18,202 bases of DNA, taken from UHGV virus genome UHGV-0153103; one strand, written 5' to 3'. This DNA comes from a virus. The notes under the pieces were generated by a model. That model did no database searches and was not told the DNA's origin. It worked only from the letters and a program-made list of their open reading frames with translations. A program made the translations under genes and the position numbers. Shown in pieces: positions 1 to 9,142 of the stretch (the first letter of the stretch is position 1; the number at the start of each line of letters is the position of its first letter).

Positions 1-46
1 TACACTTCTAGCTTCGTCGGCAGCGTCAGATGTGTATAAGAGACAG
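1..46. other. Library adapter, not biological: P5 tail (TACAC) + 8-nt index-like TTCTAGCT + Nextera read-1 adapter TCGTCGGCAGCGTC + Tn5 mosaic end AGATGTGTATAAGAGACAG
   Basis: Exact match to the well-known Nextera adapter and 19-bp mosaic end; the exact reverse complement sits at the other contig end. Confidence 0.95.
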
Positions 47-103
47 ATTCAGGATGTTGCTTGTAATTGCATTCGCTTTCTTGCGAGTACTTGTAAGTTG
101 CAT
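47..103 (-). CDS. 5' fragment (19 codons, MQLTSTRKKANAITSNILN) of a gene in the cII position, truncated by the contig end
   Basis: ATG at 103..101 (minus) is preceded by TAAGGAAATAATTACAT, near-identical to the lambda cII ribosome-binding context as I recall it; the encoded N-terminus does not match lambda CII; the ORF runs into adapter. Confidence 0.35.
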
Positions 104-182
104 ATGTAATTATTTCCTTAGATAACAATTGATTGAATGTATGCAAATAAATGCATACACCATAGGTGTGGTTTAATTTGAT
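104..182 (-). terminator. lambda-like nutR-to-cII leader, tR1-like (rho-dependent) region
   Basis: Minus-strand sequence TTAAACCACACCTATGGTGTATGCATTTATTTGCATACATTCAATCAATTGTTATC matches my recollection of the lambda tR1 region; this is a memory-based match and terminator function is inferred. Confidence 0.4.
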
Positions 183-214
183 GCCCTTTTTCAGGGCTGG
201 GATGTGTAAGAGCG
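183..214 (-). promoter_or_regulatory. nutR: boxA CGCTCTTACACATCCCA and boxB GCCCTGAAAAAGGGC
   Basis: On the minus strand just 3' of the cro stop; boxB hairpin identical to lambda nutR boxB, boxA one mismatch from the lambda sequence as recalled. Confidence 0.8.
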
Positions 215-222
215 GGAATGTC

Positions 223-1575
<1,353 letters not shown>

Positions 1576-1625
1576 TCCCCACCTCAATCTCAGTAACCCA
1601 AAAACAAACTATTTTCCGTTTAAAA

Positions 1626-1639
1626 ACAATGGAGTTTGT
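1626..1639. promoter_or_regulatory. Operator OL3 (ACAATGGAGTTTGT)
   Basis: ACAA-N6-TTGT 14-mer upstream of PL. Confidence 0.7.
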
Positions 1640-1656
1640 TTTTTGCACCTCCATTT

Positions 1657-1670
1657 ACAATATTTCTTGT
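1657..1670. promoter_or_regulatory. Operator OL2 (ACAATATTTCTTGT)
   Basis: ACAA-N6-TTGT 14-mer. Confidence 0.75.
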
Positions 1671-1698
1671 TTACAACATACAATCTTTCTTGTAATTT
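1670..1698 (+). promoter_or_regulatory. Putative PL promoter (-35 TTTACA, 17-bp spacer, -10 TAATTT)
   Basis: Sigma70-like hexamers with 17-bp spacing overlapping OL1/OL2, about 40 bp upstream of nutL and 180 bp upstream of N. Confidence 0.45.
1680..1693. promoter_or_regulatory. Operator OL1 (ACAATCTTTCTTGT)
   Basis: ACAA-N6-TTGT 14-mer, 23 bp from OL2, overlapping the putative PL spacer. Confidence 0.75.
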
Positions 1699-1737
1699 TA
1701 AGCCATCAGCAGGACGCACTAACCACCATGAAGGTGA

Positions 1738-1768
1738 TGCTCTTAAAAATTTAGCCCTGAAGAAGGGC
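1738..1768 (+). promoter_or_regulatory. nutL: boxA-like TGCTCTTAA and boxB GCCCTGAAGAAGGGC
   Basis: boxB hairpin identical to lambda nutL boxB as recalled; surrounding sequence closely lambda-like. Confidence 0.8.
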
Positions 1769-1878
1769 AGCATTCAAAGCAGAAGGCTTTGAGTAGCGCG
1801 AAATGCAGCTGCAAGACAGCAACCGTGGAGATAAGCATCACGGCGCGTTACTCAAAGCTAACTGACAGGAGAATCCAG

Positions 1879-2205
1879 ATGGATGCACAAACACGCCGCC
1901 GCGAACGTCGCGCAGATAAACAGGCTCAATGGAAAGCAGCAAATCCCCTGTTGGTTGGGGTAAGCGCAAAACCAGTTAACCGCCCTATTCTCTCGCTGAA
2001 TCGCAAACCGAAATCACGAGTAGAAAGCGCACTGAATCCAATAGACCTTACAGTGCTGGCTGAATACCACGAACAGATTGAAAGCAACCTGCAACGTATT
2101 GAGCACAAGAATCAGCGCACATGGTACAGCAAGCCACGCAGTGAAATGGGTGTGACCTGTTCAGGCCGCCAGAAAATGAAATTAGGCAGCAAACCACTTA
2201 TTTGA
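1879..2205 (+). CDS. N: Antitermination protein N (lambda-type, arginine-rich motif)
   Basis: MDAQTRRRERRADKQAQWKAANPLLVGVSAKPVNRPILSLNRKPKSRVESALNPIDLTVLAEY... is near-identical to lambda N with scattered substitutions; preceded by GGAGAATCCAG-ATG as in lambda. Confidence 0.9.
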   Translation: MDAQTRRRERRADKQAQWKAANPLLVGVSAKPVNRPILSLNRKPKSRVESALNPIDLTVLAEYHEQIESNLQRIEHKNQRTWYSKPRSEMGVTCSGRQKMKLGSKPLI

Positions 2206-2216
2206 GAGGAATTAAT

Positions 2217-2840
2217 ATGTCATCAATCCGCTTAACTACGAGAATGAAAGAGGAAATCGCTCGTAACGCTTTAATTAAGTCTGGGGTTTTCACTGAACTT
2301 GAAGAAGTAACAAAGTTAAAGAACCAGCTTGCACTTGACGCCAGAGTTATTGCGTTTGGCGGTAAAAAGAAAACTGAGGAAGTGGATCAGTTATCATCCA
2401 AGTTAGTAGCTATAAGTGAAGAACTTGAAAAACTGGGATGTTCATTTTACTCATACGATGTTCGTTCTACATCAATTTATCTGACTGTATCTGGCAGAAG
2501 AGTTGGCTGGCATTCATACGGAAAAGACGGCAACGGTGAAGATATATTGCTCCCCACCCCAGAAGAAGATAAATGCATGTTTGACGCAGAACACGAAATA
2601 ACAAAAAGGTTTGATGAAATCTGCGCATTGCAACAAAAACTTGAAGCCAAGAAAAAGGATATCGAATCAAATGTATGGGCTGCTTTGAACTCATTCACAA
2701 CAGTTAAGCGACTTATTGAAGTTTGGCCTGAAAGCAAAGAGTTGCTACCAAAAGAAGCAGATAAAGCAAGTACAGCACTTCCTGCTTTACGGGTAGAAGA
2801 TTTGAATAAGATGATTGGACTTCCTTCCGAGGCCGCATAG
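2217..2840 (+). CDS. Hypothetical protein (207 aa) in the ral/sieB slot between N and cIII
   Basis: ATG at 2217 with GAGAGGA ribosome-binding site; protein-like composition; followed immediately by an intrinsic terminator; no family recognised. Confidence 0.65.
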   Translation: MSSIRLTTRMKEEIARNALIKSGVFTELEEVTKLKNQLALDARVIAFGGKKKTEEVDQLSSKLVAISEELEKLGCSFYSYDVRSTSIYLTVSGRRVGWHSYGKDGNGEDILLPTPEEDKCMFDAEHEITKRFDEICALQQKLEAKKKDIESNVWAALNSFTTVKRLIEVWPESKELLPKEADKASTALPALRVEDLNKMIGLPSEAA

Positions 2841-2855
2841 TCGGCCTTTATTTTT
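2830..2855 (+). terminator. Rho-independent terminator (tL1-like): stem AGGCCG/CGGCCT, loop CATAGT, then TTTATTTTT
   Basis: 6-bp GC-rich stem with the stop codon of the upstream gene in the loop, followed by a T-run. Confidence 0.7.
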
Positions 2856-3064
2856 GGCATAAACAACAGAATAAACACTGCACTGTGTATTCATTCCAAC
2901 GAGTGAATACACGGAGCAATGTCGCTCGTAACTAAACAGGAGCCGACTTGTTCTGATTATTGGAAATCTTCTTTGCCCTCCAGTGTGGGGGCTTTTTTAT
3001 ATGCATACCAATAACGCTTCACTCGAGGCGTTTTCGTTATGCAATCAAACAGAAGGAGCATCCT

Positions 3065-3235
3065 ATGCAACAGTTCGCTATTGCAGGGGCGGCATCGGTT
3101 CGCCCTTTCAACCCGATTTTATCGGTACAGCATTCACGAAAAAATATTTTAACCGGAGCAGACTTTAAACAACCAAGAATGAAAAGTTTGCTCGAAAAGC
3201 TTTGGGATATTTTGAAACAACAAGGCCGTCCATGA
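3065..3235 (+). CDS. cIII: CIII-like protein (56 aa; putative FtsH/HflB inhibitor)
   Basis: MQQFAIAG... N-terminus and ...KSLLEKLWDILKQQGRP resemble lambda CIII (MQYAIAG... ...LIDILNQPG) as recalled; AGGAG ribosome-binding site; position after N as in lambda. Confidence 0.5.
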   Translation: MQQFAIAGAASVRPFNPILSVQHSRKNILTGADFKQPRMKSLLEKLWDILKQQGRP

Positions 3236-3390
3236 GTTTTACGGATAACTGGTCAGACGAAGAATTCATTCGTCAGATGAAAGAATTAATCGGTAACGAA
3301 GGAGATATTCATGTCACTTGCAACCACAGTGAAGGAGAGCAAGTTACAGAGACGCATGTACACGCAGAAAGCTCTCTGGTATCGCCATAA
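3232..3390 (+). CDS. Small protein (52 aa) in the kil position, unknown function
   Basis: ATG overlaps the cIII-like stop (ATGA), as kil overlaps cIII in lambda; the sequence does not match lambda Kil as far as I can recall. Confidence 0.4.
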   Translation: MSFTDNWSDEEFIRQMKELIGNEGDIHVTCNHSEGEQVTETHVHAESSLVSP

Positions 3391-3489
3391 TGGCGACCGC
3401 GAAGGAATGCGGGTATGCCTTAATTTGTCCCGAGTCGAAGTATTAAATCAGCGTTATTTCCTTGGGCCGTGTCCATTCTGAGGTGAATT

Positions 3490-4197
3490 ATGGATTTGAA
3501 CAAATTCGATGAGCCATTCAGCCCTGAAGATATCGAATGGCGAATACAGCAAAGCGGTAAAACACGCGATGGCAAGGTGTGGGCTATGGTGCTGGCTTAT
3601 GTCACGAACCGGGCAATCATGAAGCGCCTGGACGATGTTTGCGGCAAAGCAGGATGGCGCAATGAATACCGCGATATTCCCAACAACGGCGGAGTTGAAT
3701 GCGGCATATCAATCAAGATTGATTCCGAATGGGTAACCAAATGGGATGCTGCTGAAAACACGCAGGTAGAAGCCGTCAAAGGCGGTCGTTCCGGTGCAAT
3801 GAAGCGCGCTGCCGTTCAGTGGGGAATCGGTCGGTATCTGTATAACCTTGAGGAAGGTTTTGCACAAACATCTCTCGATAAAAAGCAGGGATGGCACAGG
3901 GCAAAACTCAAGGATGGAACAGGATTTTACTGGCTCCCTCCATCGCTGCCGGGATGGGCAATCCCAGCATCAGATAACAAACCATCACCAGAAAATACCA
4001 ACCAGAAATCTCCATCGGTTGACTGCGAACAAATCCTGAAAGACTTCAGCGATTATGCGTCAACAGAAACTGACAAGAAAAAACTCATCGAGCGTTATCA
4101 GCGTGACTGGCAATTAATGGCTGGCAACGAGGAGGCGCAGGCTAAATGCGTTCAGGTAATGAACATCAGAGTTAACGAACTAAAACAGGCGGCATAA
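3490..4197 (+). CDS. Rad52-like single-strand annealing protein (Sak/Rad52 family)
   Basis: Motifs VWAMVLAYVTNRAIMKRLD and KGGRSGAMKRAAVQWGIGRYLY are typical of phage Rad52-type annealases; GAGGTGA ribosome-binding site; immediately followed by ssb. Confidence 0.65.
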   Translation: MDLNKFDEPFSPEDIEWRIQQSGKTRDGKVWAMVLAYVTNRAIMKRLDDVCGKAGWRNEYRDIPNNGGVECGISIKIDSEWVTKWDAAENTQVEAVKGGRSGAMKRAAVQWGIGRYLYNLEEGFAQTSLDKKQGWHRAKLKDGTGFYWLPPSLPGWAIPASDNKPSPENTNQKSPSVDCEQILKDFSDYASTETDKKKLIERYQRDWQLMAGNEEAQAKCVQVMNIRVNELKQAA

Positions 4198-4713
4198 ATG
4201 GCAAGCAGAGGCGTAAATAAGGTGATCATTATTGGTCGCCTTGGGCATGATCCAGAAATCAGATATTCACCATCAGGAACGGCATTTGCAAACCTTACCG
4301 TTGCTACGTCAGAACAATGGCGTGATAAGAAAACTGGAGAGCAAAAGGAGCAGACGGAGTGGCACCGCGTGGTAATGAGCGGGAAACTGGCAGAAATTGC
4401 CAGCGAATATCTGCGAAAAGGCTCTGAGGTTTATCTTGAAGGCAAATTGCGGACAAGAAAATGGCAGGATCAAAGCGGACAGGATCGGTTCACTACCGAA
4501 GTCATCGTGGGCGTTGGTGGAACCATGCAAATGCTTGGTGGCAAGCAAGGAGGCAATGAACAGTCTTCACCTCAGCGAAATAATGGTCAGCAACAAAGAC
4601 AGCAACCTCAGCAGCAGGGAAATCACAGCGAACCACCTATGGATTTTGACGACGATATCCCCTTTGCACCAGTAACTCTCCCCTTCCCTCGTCACGCTAT
4701 TCACGCAATTTAA
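4198..4713 (+). CDS. ssb: Single-stranded DNA-binding protein (OB fold, Gln/Gly-rich linker, acidic DDDIPF tail)
   Basis: [44 protein letters not shown]... and C-terminal ...MDFDDDIPF are hallmark SSB features; start abuts the upstream stop (TAAATG). Confidence 0.9.
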   Translation: MASRGVNKVIIIGRLGHDPEIRYSPSGTAFANLTVATSEQWRDKKTGEQKEQTEWHRVVMSGKLAEIASEYLRKGSEVYLEGKLRTRKWQDQSGQDRFTTEVIVGVGGTMQMLGGKQGGNEQSSPQRNNGQQQRQQPQQQGNHSEPPMDFDDDIPFAPVTLPFPRHAIHAI

Positions 4714-4721
4714 GGACTTAC

Positions 4722-5270
4722 ATGAATCACTTGATGGTTGACCTTGAAACAATGGGCAACGGGCCATACGCGCCAGTTATTTCTATTGGGGCGGTATTCT
4801 TTGACCCGAATACCGGAGAAACAGGAGAAGAGTTCTCGGTAAATATCTCGCTTGAATCATCAATGCGATATCGAGCGCGTCCTGACGCTTCAACGATTTT
4901 ATGGTGGCTGGAACAGAGTGAAGAAGCCAGAAAATCGCTAACCAGCAACACTCAGGAGCTTTCAACGGCTCTTTCATGGTTATCTGAATTCATCATAAAG
5001 AACGCTAACCACAAATTCGTTCAGGTTTGGGGGAATGGAGCATCATTTGACTGCGTTATTCTCCGAAACAGTTATTCGCTGACAGGGCAGCCAGTTCCGT
5101 GGCAGTGGTGGAATGACCGCGACGTAAGAACAATCGTCGAACTTGGGAAGGTAATAGGATTCGACCCTAAGCGAGATATGCCATTCAAAGGAACTCGCCA
5201 CAACGCGCTTGATGATGCCATTCACCAAGCCAAATACGTTTCAGAGATCTGGAAAAAGTTAGCTAAATAA
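4722..5270 (+). CDS. DnaQ-like 3'-5' exonuclease (DEDDh family)
   Basis: Exo motifs VDLETMG (D-x-E), WGNGASFDCVIL (D) and HNALDDAIHQAKY (H-x4-D); AAGGA ribosome-binding site; an alternative start at 4734 is possible. Confidence 0.7.
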   Translation: MNHLMVDLETMGNGPYAPVISIGAVFFDPNTGETGEEFSVNISLESSMRYRARPDASTILWWLEQSEEARKSLTSNTQELSTALSWLSEFIIKNANHKFVQVWGNGASFDCVILRNSYSLTGQPVPWQWWNDRDVRTIVELGKVIGFDPKRDMPFKGTRHNALDDAIHQAKYVSEIWKKLAK

Positions 5271-5286
5271 TCAACAGGAGAAAACC

Positions 5287-5580
5287 ATGCCAGCGCCTCT
5301 GTATGGTGCGGATGACGCGCGCCGCTGTTCCGGCAATTCCGTATCGGAGGTGCTGGATAAATTCAGAAAAAACTACGATCAGATAATGTCGCTACCGCAG
5401 GAAACGAAAGAGGAAAAGGAATTTCGCCATTGTATATGGCTTGCAGAGAAAGAAGAACTCGAGCGAATTTACCAGACATCAATCCGACCATTCCGCAAAG
5501 CCACATATACCCACTTCCCTGAAATTGACCCGCGCCTGCGTAATTACCGCTCACGCTATGGCGCTATCAGTAATGACTGA
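5287..5580 (+). CDS. Hypothetical protein (97 aa)
   Basis: AACAGGAGA ribosome-binding site, co-directional packing in the operon; no family recognised. Confidence 0.5.
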   Translation: MPAPLYGADDARRCSGNSVSEVLDKFRKNYDQIMSLPQETKEEKEFRHCIWLAEKEELERIYQTSIRPFRKATYTHFPEIDPRLRNYRSRYGAISND

Positions 5581-5590
5581 GGAATTTACC

Positions 5591-5755
5591 ATGAGAGGAC
5601 TTGCATACAATCCCGGCATTCTTCCGGCAGAAATGATTATTCGCCAGCGCGTAAAGCCAATGCCATCGAGAGAGGAATTGCTAAAGAGAAATTCTTTTCC
5701 ATCAGTGAATCAAAACAAATATCTGAATGCGATGTGGCGGAGTGGGAAGAAATGA
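5591..5755 (+). CDS. Hypothetical small protein (54 aa)
   Basis: GAGGA ribosome-binding site 7 nt before the ATG at 5591; stop overlaps the next start. Confidence 0.4.
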   Translation: MRGLAYNPGILPAEMIIRQRVKPMPSREELLKRNSFPSVNQNKYLNAMWRSGKK

Positions 5756-6138
5756 AACAAATGTCACTAATTGAGATGGATGGTTTTCTGAAAGGTAAAT
5801 GCATCCCACGAGATTTAAAGGTTAACGAAACAAACGCTGAATATCTGGTGCGTAAATTTGCTGAAGCGGAGGCCAAGTGCGCGGCGCTGGCAGCGGATAA
5901 TGCGGCGCTTAAACAGTCGGAGAAGGAATTTAATAACTTCTGTCGTCAGGAGTACTACGGTTGGGAGGACAACTTCACGGAAACCCCAGCCACCGATGCT
6001 TTCCTGGCTGAAGTACGGGCGCAGGGTGTGGAGATGGCTATGGAGCATATGCAGTCGAGCGGTTCGTTAACATTTGGAGATTGCTACATATCACTTAACG
6101 AGTTCGCCGCAGAGCTTCGCAAAGGAGGTAACCAGTGA
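5752..6138 (+). CDS. Hypothetical protein (128 aa; an alternative GTG start at 5734 gives 134 aa)
   Basis: ATG at 5752 overlaps the upstream stop (ATGA); coiled-coil-like A/E/K-rich segment; no family recognised. Confidence 0.5.
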   Translation: MKQMSLIEMDGFLKGKCIPRDLKVNETNAEYLVRKFAEAEAKCAALAADNAALKQSEKEFNNFCRQEYYGWEDNFTETPATDAFLAEVRAQGVEMAMEHMQSSGSLTFGDCYISLNEFAAELRKGGNQ

Positions 6139-6434
6139 GTGTATATCTCATTGATAAACGCCGACGTGGGCAACAAATACCACCTGTAGGAATTCCGAAT
6201 CACACATGGTTTTGCGTACTTGATATCGATGGCATGGATAAGTTTGTTGACACTCGTCATTACTGCGATACCGCAACAGCTACTCCGGCGAAAGCAAAGA
6301 AAATGGCTGCTCTGATAGAAAACTGGACTCCACCTGATGGGTGGTGCAATGGGAATGATCGAGATTGGCATGAAAAAATGAAGGGCTATATCTGCGATTT
6401 CTTACGTAAATGCAACGGCTTCAGGGTGATGTGA
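6135..6434 (+). CDS. Hypothetical protein (99 aa, GTG start)
   Basis: AAAGGAGG ribosome-binding site 5 nt upstream of the GTG at 6135; overlaps the upstream stop; cysteine/tryptophan-rich. Confidence 0.5.
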   Translation: MSVYLIDKRRRGQQIPPVGIPNHTWFCVLDIDGMDKFVDTRHYCDTATATPAKAKKMAALIENWTPPDGWCNGNDRDWHEKMKGYICDFLRKCNGFRVM

Positions 6435-6435
6435 C

Positions 6436-7272
6436 ATGAACAAGATTGACTATCAGGCACTGCGTGAGGCAGCAGAAAAAGCAACGTGTGGTGCGTGGTC
6501 GCTCGAATATGGAGAGAACCGATTTGATGGTGATGATGCACTAATTCATCGCGAGGCTGCTGGATATATTCCCATTTGCAGAATTGAAGGAGCACATCCT
6601 GAAAGCGGTTTCGATGAAGATTTCCAAATGGAACAGCAGGCCAATGCTGAATTCATCGCCGCAGCCAATCCGGCTACCGTGCTGGCACTGCTGAATGAAC
6701 GGGAAAGAAACCAGCAATACATCAAACGCCGCGACCAGGAGAACGAGGAAATTGCTCTTACGGTTGGGAAGCTGCGTGTTGAGCTTGAGGAAGTAAAACA
6801 ACACGCTGAAGAATTATCCGAAACCAAGGCTGTTCGTAACCAATGGCGGCCAGATATTTGCCCAATAACCGGACGTACATTTTTCATGTGGATTGAGCAT
6901 CCAACATTGGGAAATGTGCCGACATATGGTGGCCCATTAGATAGTTACACCATTCCAACAAAGGACGGTGACGGTGAGTTTTCATGTGAGCGTTACGATC
7001 ATGATTTTGGCGGTTGGGTAGAAAGCGAATGTCTTGGGTTATATCTGATTGATGATAGAGAACAATGCAGGGTCTACGAACTGGAGGAACGCGTTAAAGA
7101 GCTGGAAACGCGGGAAGTTCATTTGCCGACTCGCTACGGCCTTCGATATGGACATCCGATAAATGATGATGAGCGCCACGTCATGATACCTAAAGAAAAT
7201 GGCAGTTGGCTTTACCTGATTGACCTAGAACACGCATTACGCGTCGCTGGCATTCGCATCAAAGGAGAGTGA
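6436..7272 (+). CDS. Ead/Ea22-like protein
   Basis: N-terminus MNKIDYQALREAAEKATCGAW resembles the conserved start of Ea22-like prophage proteins (from memory); central coiled-coil segment. Confidence 0.55.
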   Translation: MNKIDYQALREAAEKATCGAWSLEYGENRFDGDDALIHREAAGYIPICRIEGAHPESGFDEDFQMEQQANAEFIAAANPATVLALLNERERNQQYIKRRDQENEEIALTVGKLRVELEEVKQHAEELSETKAVRNQWRPDICPITGRTFFMWIEHPTLGNVPTYGGPLDSYTIPTKDGDGEFSCERYDHDFGGWVESECLGLYLIDDREQCRVYELEERVKELETREVHLPTRYGLRYGHPINDDERHVMIPKENGSWLYLIDLEHALRVAGIRIKGE

Positions 7273-7273
7273 T

Positions 7274-7789
7274 ATGGCATTAACACACCGCGAACTCTGT
7301 CAGATTGCGTACAAGTTCCTTAAGCGCAACGGGTTCAAGGTTTGTTTTCATGACCGCTTTATAGCTGTAACCAGTACCGGAGAACAGCCAGATGCTATGG
7401 GATTCAGAAATTCAGCATCATGCCTGATAGAGGCGAAGTGTTCTCGTGCTGACTTGTTAGCAGATAGAAAAAAGCGTTTTCGTAAAAATCCGTCTCTTGG
7501 AATGGGCGACTGGCGATTCTTTATTAGTGAGCCGGGAATTATTTCAATTGAGGATTTACCACCTGGCTGGGGGTTACTTCACGTTGTTAACGGAAGAGTA
7601 CGGAAAGTACATGGGTGGCCCAAGGGTAATTGCTGTTGGGGTAATCCTGACGATAAGCCATTTACTGGAAATAAGCAGGTTGAATGCGATTACATGTTAT
7701 CTGCATTAAGGCGCATGGAGTTGAGAGGGCACCTTAATGAAATATATGACGGTGTAATTGTTAATAAGAAAGAAGGAAACGCGGCATGA
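7274..7789 (+). CDS. Putative PD-(D/E)xK-type nuclease-like protein
   Basis: Candidate catalytic motif GEQPD-AMGF...CLIEAKCS (PD ... E-x-K with about 13-residue spacing); otherwise unrecognised. Confidence 0.4.
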   Translation: MALTHRELCQIAYKFLKRNGFKVCFHDRFIAVTSTGEQPDAMGFRNSASCLIEAKCSRADLLADRKKRFRKNPSLGMGDWRFFISEPGIISIEDLPPGWGLLHVVNGRVRKVHGWPKGNCCWGNPDDKPFTGNKQVECDYMLSALRRMELRGHLNEIYDGVIVNKKEGNAA

Positions 7790-8712
7790 TCACTATTACC
7801 AAAGAGCGACTACTGACAATCAAGCAGTGGCGCGAAACATACGGACCTGGTAGCAACGTTGTACTGCCAGCAGAAGAAGCGGAAGAACTGGCACGAATTG
7901 CTCTGGCAGCGCTGGAAGCCGAGCCGATAGGTTTCCGTTGCAGGCGCAATGATAACCTTGGTGATTGGAGTTACGTATATCATCGAGAGCCAGATGATTT
8001 TGAGCGCAAACATTTAGTGATAGAGGGCATTTACGCCGCCCCTCCAGCACCAGTAGTACCGGAAGAAAAACCAATGCCTAATCCTCTTAGCATGTACGCG
8101 GTTGATGCTGTTGCCGCTATTGCAGAGGTGAGAGGCTGGAACGCCTGCCGTGCCGCTATGCTTCAGTCCGGAAACTTTCGGGAAAACAAGAATTCGTCAA
8201 CCAATAATTTTCGGGAAATCGCGGAAACGTCAACCAACTATCCGGTAATTCCTAGTGAGGTGTTGTCCGCAATCCTGAAGGTTGCCAAGATTCGTGCCGA
8301 TTTCGATGATTTTGACGGTGACAGGCGAGGTATCGGTGATTGTCTGGATGAGGCTGAGCAAGAGCTTATCGTTACCATTAACAAATATGCCAGTCAGTTG
8401 GCAGCAGAACCGATAGCGACTAATGACGTTCGAGAGCAAACAGCCGTTCCGCCAGTTCCGGTAACTCCGGATGGTTGGATAAGCTGTAGTGATCGAATGC
8501 CAGAAATGGGAGAGCGACAATGCTATGTGTTAGCTGCTGACTTTAAAAACAACTACCCACCAAACATCCCCAACACTCAGGTCGGCGTATATGGCGACTG
8601 GTTTAATGATGGCAAGCCCACTTGGGATGACGGTGATGGCGAAGACCTGCATCTCAAAGAAGTAACCCACTGGATGCCGCTACCAGAACCGCCGAAGGAG
8701 GTACGCCAATGA
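7786..8712 (+). CDS. Hypothetical protein with DUF551-like C-terminal domain
   Basis: C-terminal ...GWISCSDRMPE...VTHWMPLPEPPK resembles the DUF551 signature common in lambdoid early regions (from memory); last gene of the plus-strand operon. Confidence 0.5.
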   Translation: MITITKERLLTIKQWRETYGPGSNVVLPAEEAEELARIALAALEAEPIGFRCRRNDNLGDWSYVYHREPDDFERKHLVIEGIYAAPPAPVVPEEKPMPNPLSMYAVDAVAAIAEVRGWNACRAAMLQSGNFRENKNSSTNNFREIAETSTNYPVIPSEVLSAILKVAKIRADFDDFDGDRRGIGDCLDEAEQELIVTINKYASQLAAEPIATNDVREQTAVPPVPVTPDGWISCSDRMPEMGERQCYVLAADFKNNYPPNIPNTQVGVYGDWFNDGKPTWDDGDGEDLHLKEVTHWMPLPEPPKEVRQ

Positions 8713-8798
8713 CCTAGCCTGAAGCATTTGCAATTGTAGTGGCTGCCATTTTGATCGCACTGATTGTTTTTGCGATTTGCCGCTGGGGGTAAAATAGT

Positions 8799-9026
8799 TC
8801 ACCTGCATGGAGATTTGATGCCGGGGAATTGTGGGGGAGCATTCAAACCTCTCCCCTTCCCGGTTAAAGACTCCATTGCTTTGCGGTCAGAGAGATACAT
8901 CAGCTTCATCAGCTTCATCAGCTTCATCAGCTTCATCAGCTTCATCAGCTTAATGAAACGCATAGATCCGCCATGCTTTTTCAGCAAATACGCTGCCATT
9001 TGCGCAACTTTTTCTTCATTAAACAT
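8799..9026 (-). CDS. Small ORF (75 aa) containing (MKL)x6 from the tandem repeat; N-terminus reminiscent of Panacea/DUF4065 (SocA-like) proteins; possibly a truncated remnant
   Basis: MFNEEKVAQMAAYLLKKHGGSMRFIKLMKL...MYLSDRKAMESLTGKG resembles the conserved KLxKLLY N-terminal block of DUF4065 proteins as recalled; no strong ribosome-binding site; protein far shorter than that family. Confidence 0.3.
   Translation of the reverse strand: MFNEEKVAQMAAYLLKKHGGSMRFIKLMKLMKLMKLMKLMKLMYLSDRKAMESLTGKGRGLNAPPQFPGIKSPCR
8898..8951. repeat. Perfect tandem repeat, 9-bp unit CATCAGCTT x 6 (54 bp)
   Basis: Seen directly; in-frame for both strands (ISF on plus, MKL on minus). Confidence 0.97.
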
Positions 9027-9119
9027 AAATCGGCTCTCTGTCTCACATGAAACACTCTTTCTGACTATATGTTAATAGCTCCGGTTATTACAGGTTAATG
9101 TGTGTTTATTTCTTAATCA

Positions 9120-9142
9120 GCCCCGCACTTCCGTACGGGGCC
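9120..9142. terminator. GC-rich hairpin (GCCCCG / CGGGGC) between the convergent operons, possible bidirectional terminator
   Basis: 6-bp G/C stem directly 3' of the giant gene stop; flanking U-run is weak on both strands. Confidence 0.3.

Noticed and set aside
2986-3000. GCTTTTTTATA resembling the start of the lambda attP core
   Set aside because: The match breaks after 11 bp, there is no integrase nearby and the position is wrong; more likely the T-run of a terminator-like hairpin.
4397-4675. 92-aa plus-strand ORF overlapping ssb in another frame
   Set aside because: Entirely embedded in the confidently identified ssb gene; alternative-frame artefact.
8722-8792. Short hydrophobic peptide frame (AFAIVVAAILIALIVFAICRWG) just after the DUF551-like gene
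   Set aside because: An in-frame TAG directly precedes it, leaving only a GTG giving about 17 aa with no ribosome-binding site; too short to call.
8834-8856. Hairpin GGGGAG-N11-CTCCCC
   Set aside because: It lies inside the small minus-strand ORF and has no U-run on either strand; not convincing as a terminator.
8898-8951. Tandem repeat as a possible CRISPR array
   Set aside because: The units are 9 bp and directly abutting with no spacers; no cas genes present.
8764-9075. Plus-strand 103-aa ORF reading the repeat as (ISF)n
   Set aside because: No ribosome-binding site and a non-protein-like composition; the minus-strand frame has a more plausible conserved-looking N-terminus, though that too is low confidence.
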